Shown: one piece after another, positions 19,187 through 27,319 of the stretch | Layout: the number at the start of each line of letters is the position of its first letter | How positions within the stretch are numbered: the stretch's first letter is position 1 | NCBI GenBank assembly: GCA_964583975.1 | Contig: CAZOXU010000008.1 | Span: forward strand, 2,745 to 66,744 | Length of the DNA: 64,000 nucleotides | DNA from: an uncultured Planctomycetales bacterium | GTDB taxonomy: Bacteria; Omnitrophota; Gorgyraeia; Zapsychrales; Fredricksoniimonadaceae | Reading direction: 5' to 3' | The notes under the pieces: model-generated | Database searches by the model: none | Told to the model about the DNA's origin: nothing | What the model saw: only the letters and a program-made list of their open reading frames with translations | Made by a program: the position numbers and the translations under genes

Positions 19187-20305
19187 ATGAATCAAAATTT
19201 TTACGATACTTTAGCGCAGCAAAGCTTGGCCGGCCAAGAACTATCAGATTCTATTTGTCAACAAATCCTTGGGGATAGCCAGGTAGAGCTTCTGCCGCTA
19301 GTTAATGCGGCATTTAGCGTGCGCCAGCATTATTGGCAAAAACAGGTGATTATTCACATCATCAATAATGCCCAAAATGGTCATTGCCCCGAAGATTGTC
19401 ATTATTGCGCCCAAGCTAAAACTTCCAAAGCCGATATCGAAGAATATGGTTTAAAATCTGATGATGAAATGTATGAAGAGGCCCGGGCTGCCTATGCAAA
19501 AGGGGCTTACCGTTATTGCATGGTTTATGCCGGCCGTGGCGCTTCTGAGCAAAGAATTGAACGTTTATCACGCCTAATTCGTCGCATTAAATCCAATTTT
19601 CCTAATTACGAAATTTGTGTCTCAACAGGTCTGGTCACTGCTCCAGGAGCGGTGGAATTAAAGAAGGCTGGGCTTGATCGGTTAAACCATAATCTAAATA
19701 CTTCCGAGAGTCACTATTCTAATATATGTACAACACATACCTACGCTGATCGATTAAGTACTTTATTAGCTGCCCGGGCTGCTGGAATCAAACTTTGTTC
19801 AGGGATGATTGCAGGGATGGGTGAGCAAAATCGAGATATTATTGAAGTAGCTAAGCGTCTTAGAACTCTTAAGTCAGAATCTATCCCAGTTAACTTCTTA
19901 ATTCCTATTGAAGGTACCCAACTGCCGCCATCAGAGACTTTAAATCCAGAATTTTGTTTAAGAATTTTATGTTTGTTTCGATTTTTAAATCCCCAGGCTG
20001 AAATTCGAGTGGGGGCTGGTCGAGAAATGCATTTGCGTGGGCTTGAGGTCTTATCTTTGTATCCTGCTAACTCACTATTCTTACAAGGATATTTGAATGC
20101 TAAAGGTTCTACCAATAGCAAAACTCTACGCATGATCAAAGATGCTGGTTTTGAAATAAAATCTGATGAAAATTTAGATGAACTTTTAGCTTGTGGTGTT
20201 GAAGGTGATTCTTCTTTAAGCGTTGATCCTGTTCAAGTTATGATGAAGGACATCAAAGATTTGCGCCCTGCTTTATCTACAAGCAAGCCTGTATTGAAAT
20301 CTTAA
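19187..20305 (+). CDS. bioB: Biotin synthase-like radical SAM enzyme
   Basis: Radical-SAM motif CPEDCHYC after an N-terminal region that matches BioB. 372 aa, with a C-terminal extension of about 25 aa. Confidence 0.65.
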   Translation: MNQNFYDTLAQQSLAGQELSDSICQQILGDSQVELLPLVNAAFSVRQHYWQKQVIIHIINNAQNGHCPEDCHYCAQAKTSKADIEEYGLKSDDEMYEEARAAYAKGAYRYCMVYAGRGASEQRIERLSRLIRRIKSNFPNYEICVSTGLVTAPGAVELKKAGLDRLNHNLNTSESHYSNICTTHTYADRLSTLLAARAAGIKLCSGMIAGMGEQNRDIIEVAKRLRTLKSESIPVNFLIPIEGTQLPPSETLNPEFCLRILCLFRFLNPQAEIRVGAGREMHLRGLEVLSLYPANSLFLQGYLNAKGSTNSKTLRMIKDAGFEIKSDENLDELLACGVEGDSSLSVDPVQVMMKDIKDLRPALSTSKPVLKS

Positions 20306-20394
20306 ATTTCATTTGTAAAAGCTCCCAGTAGTGTCTATAGTAAATCTTACCAATTTATTTTAACCTTATATTCTTATAATCAGAAGGAACTCAT

Positions 20395-22203
20395 ATGGCT
20401 GTTGAAAAGAAATCAGTTACGAGATTTGAACTATTAATGGATGCTGGTTTTGGGGCCCAAAAAGCAGGGGATATTCTCCTAAGTGCTTTTGTGGCTATGG
20501 GTAAATATGTTTATGTAGAACCCATGATTCCCGCTGAAATTTCTCCACCAGCCAGAAGCAAGGCTGCCTTATCAGGAATTATCATCCGTTTGGCTGATTT
20601 TAACGTGACCAATATTGGTAATGATACCGATTTAATTATTGCCTCTCATGAAGTTGTTCTCGATCGTCGTTTGGAAGATAAAGAATATAACAGCAAATGC
20701 GTCATTTTATTAGATATGGGAGATCAAGAAAGCAACCCTGATTCTTATGAAATGGTGCTTAAAAGGTGTACTCAAGAAGGTTTAAGCGTTATTCCTTTTC
20801 ATACCGATGAGGTTTCCAAAACCGTAATTAAAGAGTTGGGTGGTAAAGGACAGAACCTTTATTACTTGGGTATGCTTAGCTACATCTACAACATGGATGA
20901 GGAAATTGTTAAAGAACAAATCAAAAAGACATTTGGTAAGAAATTGAAACCCGAGATTATGGAGAAGAATTTAACCCTCTGTCATCAAGGTTATCAATTA
21001 GCCAAAGAAAAAGTATTTTTTAGAATTGATATTGAGAGTACCTCTAAAGAAGGTGATAAGATCCTGATTGATGGGAACACTTCTTTAAGTATGGGCGTTA
21101 TTGATGCTGGATTCAAACTATTCTCAGGATATCCTATTACGCCAGCTTCTTCGATTATGCACACATTAGCTAAGGAATTGCCTTCTTATGGAGGGATGGT
21201 GCATCAAGCCGAAGATGAAATTGCAGCCATTGGTACAGCTGTTGGTGCCTATTATGGCGGTGTTCCATCCTTAACGTGTACTTCAGGCCCAGGGCTTTCA
21301 TTGAAACAAGAATTTATTGGTTATGCTCAGTCTGCAGAAATCCCATTGGTTGTCATTGACGTGCAACGTTCTGGTCCTTCGACCGGTATGCCTACAAAGA
21401 CAGAACAATCTGATTTGCCGTCAGTCATTTTTGGAAGTCATGGAGATTATACTAAGATCGTTATTGGGGTAAGCAGCGTCATCGATTGCTTCTATGCACC
21501 ACACATTGCTCGCTACTTAACTGAGAAATTGCACGTGCCTGTGTTTATTATGAGCGATTTCCAGACAGCCAATAGTTATAAAGTTATCTCCAAGTTTAAA
21601 GTTTTACAAATGAATACCATTGATGATATTCCTGATTTTGTATTCGAGCGTTTCCATATGAATCGTTTGCCTAAAGAAATTCAAATGGTTCGCGATCTTC
21701 AATCTGTTCCTGGTACAGAAGGTGGAATGCGTCGAGTCACAGGGTTAAATACAGATAAACAAGGAAAGGTTAGTTATTCTTCCGTCACCAACCAGCGGGC
21801 CCATCAAATTAGAAATGAAAAAATACATCATGTGGCTCGCGCCTTGACCGTTCCTGAAATGTTTGGTCAAGACTCTGGCGATGTTCTTTTAGTAGGTTGG
21901 GGTTCCACTCGAGGGGCTATTGAAGAAGCTGTGGCCATTTGTGGCAAGGAAGGTCTTAAGGTTTCAGGGTTAAATCTTCGCATTGTTCATCCATTACCCT
22001 TGATGCTCAAGGATGTATTTGCAAAGTTCAAAAAGATTGTCACGGTCGAGGTTGCTTATGGCGATGATTTAAAACCATCTCCATTAGCACTTTTGTTGCG
22101 TGCTCAAACCCTGGTAGATGTCAAGCCGTTGTTATCCGAGGCCACAGGACGTCCTGTTCGGCCTAGAATTATTTTGAATAAGGTCAAGGAGGTAATTAAA
22201 TGA
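20395..22203 (+). CDS. korA: 2-oxoacid:ferredoxin oxidoreductase, alpha subunit (fused alpha/gamma type)
   Basis: 602 aa, typical of the two-subunit OFOR family. Immediately followed by a TPP-binding beta subunit. Confidence 0.75.
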   Translation: MAVEKKSVTRFELLMDAGFGAQKAGDILLSAFVAMGKYVYVEPMIPAEISPPARSKAALSGIIIRLADFNVTNIGNDTDLIIASHEVVLDRRLEDKEYNSKCVILLDMGDQESNPDSYEMVLKRCTQEGLSVIPFHTDEVSKTVIKELGGKGQNLYYLGMLSYIYNMDEEIVKEQIKKTFGKKLKPEIMEKNLTLCHQGYQLAKEKVFFRIDIESTSKEGDKILIDGNTSLSMGVIDAGFKLFSGYPITPASSIMHTLAKELPSYGGMVHQAEDEIAAIGTAVGAYYGGVPSLTCTSGPGLSLKQEFIGYAQSAEIPLVVIDVQRSGPSTGMPTKTEQSDLPSVIFGSHGDYTKIVIGVSSVIDCFYAPHIARYLTEKLHVPVFIMSDFQTANSYKVISKFKVLQMNTIDDIPDFVFERFHMNRLPKEIQMVRDLQSVPGTEGGMRRVTGLNTDKQGKVSYSSVTNQRAHQIRNEKIHHVARALTVPEMFGQDSGDVLLVGWGSTRGAIEEAVAICGKEGLKVSGLNLRIVHPLPLMLKDVFAKFKKIVTVEVAYGDDLKPSPLALLLRAQTLVDVKPLLSEATGRPVRPRIILNKVKEVIK

Positions 22204-23114
22204 GTACTCAAACTGTAGAGCCAAAAACTCCTATTACAATTAAAGATTTGCAAACCGAAAATCCTCGTTGGTGTGCAGGGTGCGGGGACTTTGGTATTAT
22301 CATGGGTTTAAAGCGTTTTATTGTTGAGCGTCAATTGGCCCCTGCTCACACCATGAATGTTTCTGGAATCGGATGTTCTGGTCGTGCACCGAATTATTTT
22401 AATACCTATGGTGTGCACTCTATTCACGGTCGTGCAGTTACTGTAGCCACTGGTTTAGCGTTAGCTCGACCTGATTTGAATTTGTTCGTCCATTCGGGTG
22501 ACGGCGATTCTTTAAGTATCGGTGGAAATCATTTGATGCACGCCATCAATAAAAACTTTAAGTGCGTCTATATGATGTATGATAACGAAATTTATGCGTT
22601 AACCAAAAATCAGACATCGCCGACTACGCGTAAGGACCATATGACTAATACGCAGCCACAAGGAAGTTTTTTAAGTCCCATGAATCCTTTAAGTATTGCG
22701 ATTGGTTTGGGAGCTTCTTTTGTAGCTTCAACAGCTGACTGGATTCCAGATCATTTGACCAACACTTTAAAGACAGCCTTTGATCATCCGGGATTTGCCT
22801 TTGTGCATATTTCGCAAAGATGTCCACATTTTGATCCCGGTAATTTCGATCATAAAACTTCGACATGGTTTTCGTTTTTAAAACATGCCAATGGTATTGA
22901 TCCTGATCGACGTTTGGCAGATAAAACTGAAGTTCTTGAACATGATCCATCAGATATTGGCAAAGCTTTCCAATACGCAGCTGCAGAGCGTCGTTATTTT
23001 GGTTTGTTTTATCAAAATAAAAATAAGCCACGCTATGATACTATCTTGCATAACTTAGTGAAGAACGCAACACCCAAGGATAGATCAAAGATTCTAGACA
23101 AATTTAACGTCTAA
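22200..23114 (+). CDS. korB: 2-oxoacid:ferredoxin oxidoreductase, beta subunit (TPP-binding)
   Basis: Motif CAGCGDFGI and TPP-binding region GDGDSLSIGGNH. Overlaps korA by 4 nt. Confidence 0.8.
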   Translation: MSTQTVEPKTPITIKDLQTENPRWCAGCGDFGIIMGLKRFIVERQLAPAHTMNVSGIGCSGRAPNYFNTYGVHSIHGRAVTVATGLALARPDLNLFVHSGDGDSLSIGGNHLMHAINKNFKCVYMMYDNEIYALTKNQTSPTTRKDHMTNTQPQGSFLSPMNPLSIAIGLGASFVASTADWIPDHLTNTLKTAFDHPGFAFVHISQRCPHFDPGNFDHKTSTWFSFLKHANGIDPDRRLADKTEVLEHDPSDIGKAFQYAAAERRYFGLFYQNKNKPRYDTILHNLVKNATPKDRSKILDKFNV

Positions 23115-23121
23115 TTACCTT

Positions 23122-24051
23122 ATGGAAAATGTCATCATCATTGGTTCGGGCCCAGCAGGGCACACCGCTGCCATTTATGCCGCCCGAGCCAATCTAAAAC
23201 CTCTTATGTTTGAAGGCCAGTTTGCTGCAGGTGTTGCTGCTGGTGGCCAATTGACCACAACTACGGAAGTTGAAAATTTTCCAGGATATACAAGCATTTC
23301 CGGGCCAGAGTTGATGGTCAAAATGCGAGAACAGGCCGAGCATTGTGGAACTCGAATTTTGACGGAAACCGTCGATAGCGTAGACCTCTCTAAGAAGCCT
23401 TTTAAAATTGTTGCGGCCAACCAAACGTATGAAGCCAAGACCTTGATTATTGCTACAGGAGCCACTGCTAAACGTATGGATCTTCCAGGTGAAGATCGGC
23501 TTTGGCAAAAAGGAATTTCAGCCTGTGCTGTGTGCGATGGAGCCTTGCCATTTTTCAGAAATAAAGTCTTGGTTGTGGTAGGTGGAGGTGATTCAGCGGT
23601 TGAAGAGGCAACGTATCTAACCAAGTTTGCTTCCAAGGTGTTGATGTTGGTTCGCCGCGATGTGCTTCGAGCTTCCCAGGTGATGCAGGATCGAGCCAAG
23701 AATAATCCTAAGATTGAAATCATGTTCCATACCGTACCCTTAGAAGTGTTAGGGGAGAAATCCGTAACAGGTTTGAAGGTCAAGAATTTGTCTACGAACG
23801 TTGAGTCCAAGCTTGAAGTGGGTGGTTTGTTTTATGCCATTGGTCATGTTCCCAACACGGCTTTCTTAAATGGTCAAATAGAATTAGATGAGACGGGTTA
23901 TATCAAAACTAAACTTGGTACTACCCAAACTAGCGTACCAGGGGTCTTTGCTGCAGGCGACGTTCAAGATAAGGTGTATCGTCAAGCCATTACATCAGCA
24001 GGTACAGGTTGCATGGCTGCTTTAGACGCTGAACGCTATTTGGCGCATTGA
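23122..24051 (+). CDS. trxB: Thioredoxin reductase
   Basis: FAD motif IIGSGPAGHTAA, redox-active SACAVCDG, NADPH motif GGGDSAVEEA. Confidence 0.9.
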   Translation: MENVIIIGSGPAGHTAAIYAARANLKPLMFEGQFAAGVAAGGQLTTTTEVENFPGYTSISGPELMVKMREQAEHCGTRILTETVDSVDLSKKPFKIVAANQTYEAKTLIIATGATAKRMDLPGEDRLWQKGISACAVCDGALPFFRNKVLVVVGGGDSAVEEATYLTKFASKVLMLVRRDVLRASQVMQDRAKNNPKIEIMFHTVPLEVLGEKSVTGLKVKNLSTNVESKLEVGGLFYAIGHVPNTAFLNGQIELDETGYIKTKLGTTQTSVPGVFAAGDVQDKVYRQAITSAGTGCMAALDAERYLAH

Positions 24052-24135
24052 AATTTATGGATATTGTATTGCGATCGTAAATCCTTTCCGTTAATATAAA
24101 TTTAATATTTATACTATTCGACCAAATTTTTCCTC

Positions 24136-24627
24136 ATGAAGATTAATTTTTCTAACAAAACTTTATCAGCGTATTTAAATCAACTTTCTAGTAAAGAATC
24201 TGTGCCTGGTGGCGGATCAGCAGCAGGCTTAACAGCAGCCCTGGGTGTAGGGCTGGTGTCGATGGTGGCTAATTATTCCATTGGTCGCAAAACTAATACC
24301 CCTGCCAGTGATAAGAAATTTAAAACTATTCTTCAACAAAGTGAGTCGATCCGCAAGCGCCTATTGGAATTAACCAGTTTAGACTCGGAGGCTTATTTAG
24401 AGCTTTGTGCGGCTCGATCGTTGGATAAGAAAGCCCAGAAGCGAGCTTCAAAAAGAGCTCGCAGTGTTCCTTTAGAGATTTGTAAGCTTTCGTACAAAGC
24501 ATTGAGTTTAACGCCTTTTTTAGTGTCCCATGGTAATCCCTATTTAATGTCGGATGTTCAAGTGGCAATTGAACTTCTCGAGGCAGGCTTTAATGGGGCC
24601 ATGGTTATGGTGAGGATTAATTCATGA
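24136..24627 (+). CDS. fchA: Methenyltetrahydrofolate cyclohydrolase / formiminotetrahydrofolate cyclodeaminase-domain protein
   Basis: Motif SVPGGGSAAGLTAALGVGLVSMVANYSIGRK is characteristic of the FTCD C-terminal / FchA family. Confidence 0.6.
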   Translation: MKINFSNKTLSAYLNQLSSKESVPGGGSAAGLTAALGVGLVSMVANYSIGRKTNTPASDKKFKTILQQSESIRKRLLELTSLDSEAYLELCAARSLDKKAQKRASKRARSVPLEICKLSYKALSLTPFLVSHGNPYLMSDVQVAIELLEAGFNGAMVMVRINS

Positions 24628-25487
24628 GTGCACAAATATTAGATGGAAAAGTTTTGGCCGCTCAGATTAAGGAACAATTATATTCAACCTTGGAAGATTA
24701 TCGAAAACAAAACAAGGTTGTTTCTATTGTCAGTATTACAGTGGGGCAGGATCCTAGCGCTTTTTCCTATCTTAAATCCCAAAAGAAGATAGCTCAGGAA
24801 TTAGGTATTGAATACAAACACGAAGAATTTTCTAAAACTACGTCTTATGAAGAGACGCTCGAGGTTTTAGCTTTTCTTAAACAGCTTAATAATGATCCAG
24901 CTGTGCATGGGGTGATTGTGAATAAACCATTACCTAGCGATATGGATTATTCCGTCCTGGTTAATCATTTAAACCCAGCTAAAGACATTGAAGGTTTGGG
25001 CGATACTAATTTAGGCCGTCTTCTCATAGGTAAGAATAATGCGCTTGTTCCTTGTACTGCAGCTGCAGCAGTGGCTTTATTAAAATCCTCCAATGTAAAT
25101 TTGCAAGGCAAAGAAGCTGTGATTATTGGTCGTAGTGAGATTGTGGGTAAGCCTGCTGCTTTGCTTTTACTGAAAGAAAATATGACTGTTACCGTCTGCC
25201 ATTCCAAGACGCAAAACATTGAAGAACATGTTCAAAAAGCGGATGTGGTTGTAGCTGCTATTGGACAGAAACGATTTGTGCAAGGATCATGGCTTAAAAA
25301 AGGGGCCATTGTCATTGATGTAGGTATCAATGATGAAAATGGAAAAATTGTAGGAGATGTGGATTTCGAATCTTGTAAGGACAAAGCTTCATTTATTTCA
25401 CCTGTGCCAGGCGGTGTGGGTCCTGTGACGGCGGTGATGTTAATGAGAAATGCGCTAGAAGCTTTTAAGCGTGCGGGAGGTTTTTAA
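24624..25487 (+). CDS. folD: Bifunctional methylene-THF dehydrogenase / methenyl-THF cyclohydrolase
   Basis: Start ILDGKVLAAQIKEQL, motif GRSEIVGKPAALLL, C-terminus PVPGGVGPVTAVMLM. Confidence 0.9.
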   Translation: MSAQILDGKVLAAQIKEQLYSTLEDYRKQNKVVSIVSITVGQDPSAFSYLKSQKKIAQELGIEYKHEEFSKTTSYEETLEVLAFLKQLNNDPAVHGVIVNKPLPSDMDYSVLVNHLNPAKDIEGLGDTNLGRLLIGKNNALVPCTAAAAVALLKSSNVNLQGKEAVIIGRSEIVGKPAALLLLKENMTVTVCHSKTQNIEEHVQKADVVVAAIGQKRFVQGSWLKKGAIVIDVGINDENGKIVGDVDFESCKDKASFISPVPGGVGPVTAVMLMRNALEAFKRAGGF

Positions 25488-25496
25488 GAAAAATTT

Positions 25497-26537
25497 ATGA
25501 GTAAAATTCTTATTGCTGGCAATTCTTTGGCTGTCGTGGAGGCTATTGAACAAATTCGTCAAAATGATGGGCAGTCTGAAATTAGTTTGTTGTGTACTGA
25601 AAGTTTCTTGCCTTATGATCGTTTTCTTCTTCCGTCCTTGGTTGCCGGAGAAATTAAAGAGTCCCAACTGTCTCCCATGCAGAAAGATTTTTTTGCCCGT
25701 CATCGTGTGGAAGTGATTGCTAATGAAATCGTATCACGCGTTAGTTTGAAACGTAAACACGTGACTACTCAAAATAAAAGACAGATCGATTATGACCAAT
25801 TGATGGTTTCTGATTTAGGAAGTCTTATGAATTTTTCCATCAAAGGCCATCAAAAAAAAGGTGTTTTTGATTGTGCCTTATTATCATCCACCAAGGATCT
25901 TATTAAATTCTTGCCTTTTGTTGATACTGTTTTTGTAGTAGTGACCAATATTCAGGGTTTTAATATGGCCTGCGCACTTAATGTTCTGGGAAAGGAAGTT
26001 GTAATTGTTTCTGAGCAGCAGAGCCTTTTATCCAATATCTTTGATGATGAAACAGGAGCTTTGCTTAAACAAATTGTGGAAGGCAAAGGGTTAAGGGTCA
26101 TAACCAATTGTATGATTGAAGAGATTCTAGGGGATAGTGAACTGAAAGCTGTTAAATTATCTTCGGGTAAGGTGGTTGCAACCCAAATGGTTGTTTTAGA
26201 TTCCATGTCTTTAGATCTGCGGTTGTTGGAGGCTGAAGAAGGTTATCAAAGAATAGAAGATAGATTCTTTTCTTTCGAGAATAATCTTAAGCCGTGGAGA
26301 TTTGGTTTTAATGTGTTAAATGGATTTTGTATGGGTTTCACCAAATTACCTGAGAATGGGCGTGAGTATTTAAAATTTGACGGTCCTCAAAACGTTTATA
26401 AGAAAATCTTTGTTCAAGGTGAGTCAGTTGTGGGGGCTGTATTGTTTAATGCCCCTTCTCATGAAGAGAAACTCTCTAAATTAATCAAGGAACAAACTTC
26501 TGTGACGGGTCAAGAAGAAGCGCTAATAGGAGATTAG
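25497..26537 (+). CDS. Pyridine nucleotide-disulfide oxidoreductase-like protein with degenerate dinucleotide-binding motifs (possible pseudo-enzyme)
   Basis: The two-Rossmann layout resembles NADH-dependent FAD reductases. The GxGxxG positions read IAGNSLA and VVVTNIQGFNMA instead. Confidence 0.35.
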   Translation: MSKILIAGNSLAVVEAIEQIRQNDGQSEISLLCTESFLPYDRFLLPSLVAGEIKESQLSPMQKDFFARHRVEVIANEIVSRVSLKRKHVTTQNKRQIDYDQLMVSDLGSLMNFSIKGHQKKGVFDCALLSSTKDLIKFLPFVDTVFVVVTNIQGFNMACALNVLGKEVVIVSEQQSLLSNIFDDETGALLKQIVEGKGLRVITNCMIEEILGDSELKAVKLSSGKVVATQMVVLDSMSLDLRLLEAEEGYQRIEDRFFSFENNLKPWRFGFNVLNGFCMGFTKLPENGREYLKFDGPQNVYKKIFVQGESVVGAVLFNAPSHEEKLSKLIKEQTSVTGQEEALIGD

Positions 26538-26539
26538 AG

Positions 26540-27313
26540 ATGAAAAAAATCCCAGTTATTTTTTTGTCTTTAGTGTGCTTGCTAAATATTGCATGGGTCT
26601 CAAAACCGTCTAAAGATCAGGAGCTCATGCGCAAAGGTTATCAGGATTGGCAATCTGGTGACTTAACAGCAGCCATGCATGACTATGAAAGTGTTTTGGC
26701 GCTCAAGCCTAGGAATATTGATGCTTTAAATTTTTTAGGAGTGATCTATGAAGAGCTGGGTTTATCTCAAAAAGCTGAAGAGAAGTATTTAACAGCTCTT
26801 AAACTTAATTCCAATTTCTTACCTGTGTATCTTAATTTAGGCCTTTTGTATTGGAATCAGGGAGATATTGAGAAGGCTACTTACTACTTGCAAAAAAGAA
26901 TCGATAAAGGAAACACTAAAGATCCTTGGACTTTAAAAGCTAAAAAAGCTCTAGAAGCCATCCAGGTTAAACAAAAATCCGATGAATTAAAAAAGAGTTT
27001 GGACCAAACTGATCCGCAGCGTCAAGTTCCAAACCCAGCTCGCTTAAATGAGGTAGATCAGGCTTTAGATAGCATCAAATTAGAGACAAATACTATCGTG
27101 GCTAAGCCTGAGGAGCCAGCGCCTAATAAAGAAGAAGAGCTAGCCCAAGCAGCTTTCACTCAAGGACAGCAATTGGCTGTCCAACAAAAATATCAAGAAG
27201 CTATTCGAGCTTATGATAGAGCTTTGAAATTTACTCCAGGTGTTCCTTCAATTCTTAAAGCTAGAATGGATGCATTTTCCTTATGGAAACAACAAGCCAT
27301 CAATGAGCAATAG
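26540..27313 (+). CDS. Secreted TPR-repeat protein
   Basis: Signal peptide, then several TPR-like repeats (ALNFLGVIYEELGLSQKAEEKYLTALKLN...). Confidence 0.55.
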   Translation: MKKIPVIFLSLVCLLNIAWVSKPSKDQELMRKGYQDWQSGDLTAAMHDYESVLALKPRNIDALNFLGVIYEELGLSQKAEEKYLTALKLNSNFLPVYLNLGLLYWNQGDIEKATYYLQKRIDKGNTKDPWTLKAKKALEAIQVKQKSDELKKSLDQTDPQRQVPNPARLNEVDQALDSIKLETNTIVAKPEEPAPNKEEELAQAAFTQGQQLAVQQKYQEAIRAYDRALKFTPGVPSILKARMDAFSLWKQQAINEQ

Positions 27314-27319
27314 GTTTTA

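Noticed and set aside
20306-20394. Possible sigma-70 promoter upstream of korA (TTACCA ... TATAAT)
   Set aside because: Spacer lengths are non-canonical for either candidate -35 (9 or 22 nt). The evidence is too weak to annotate.
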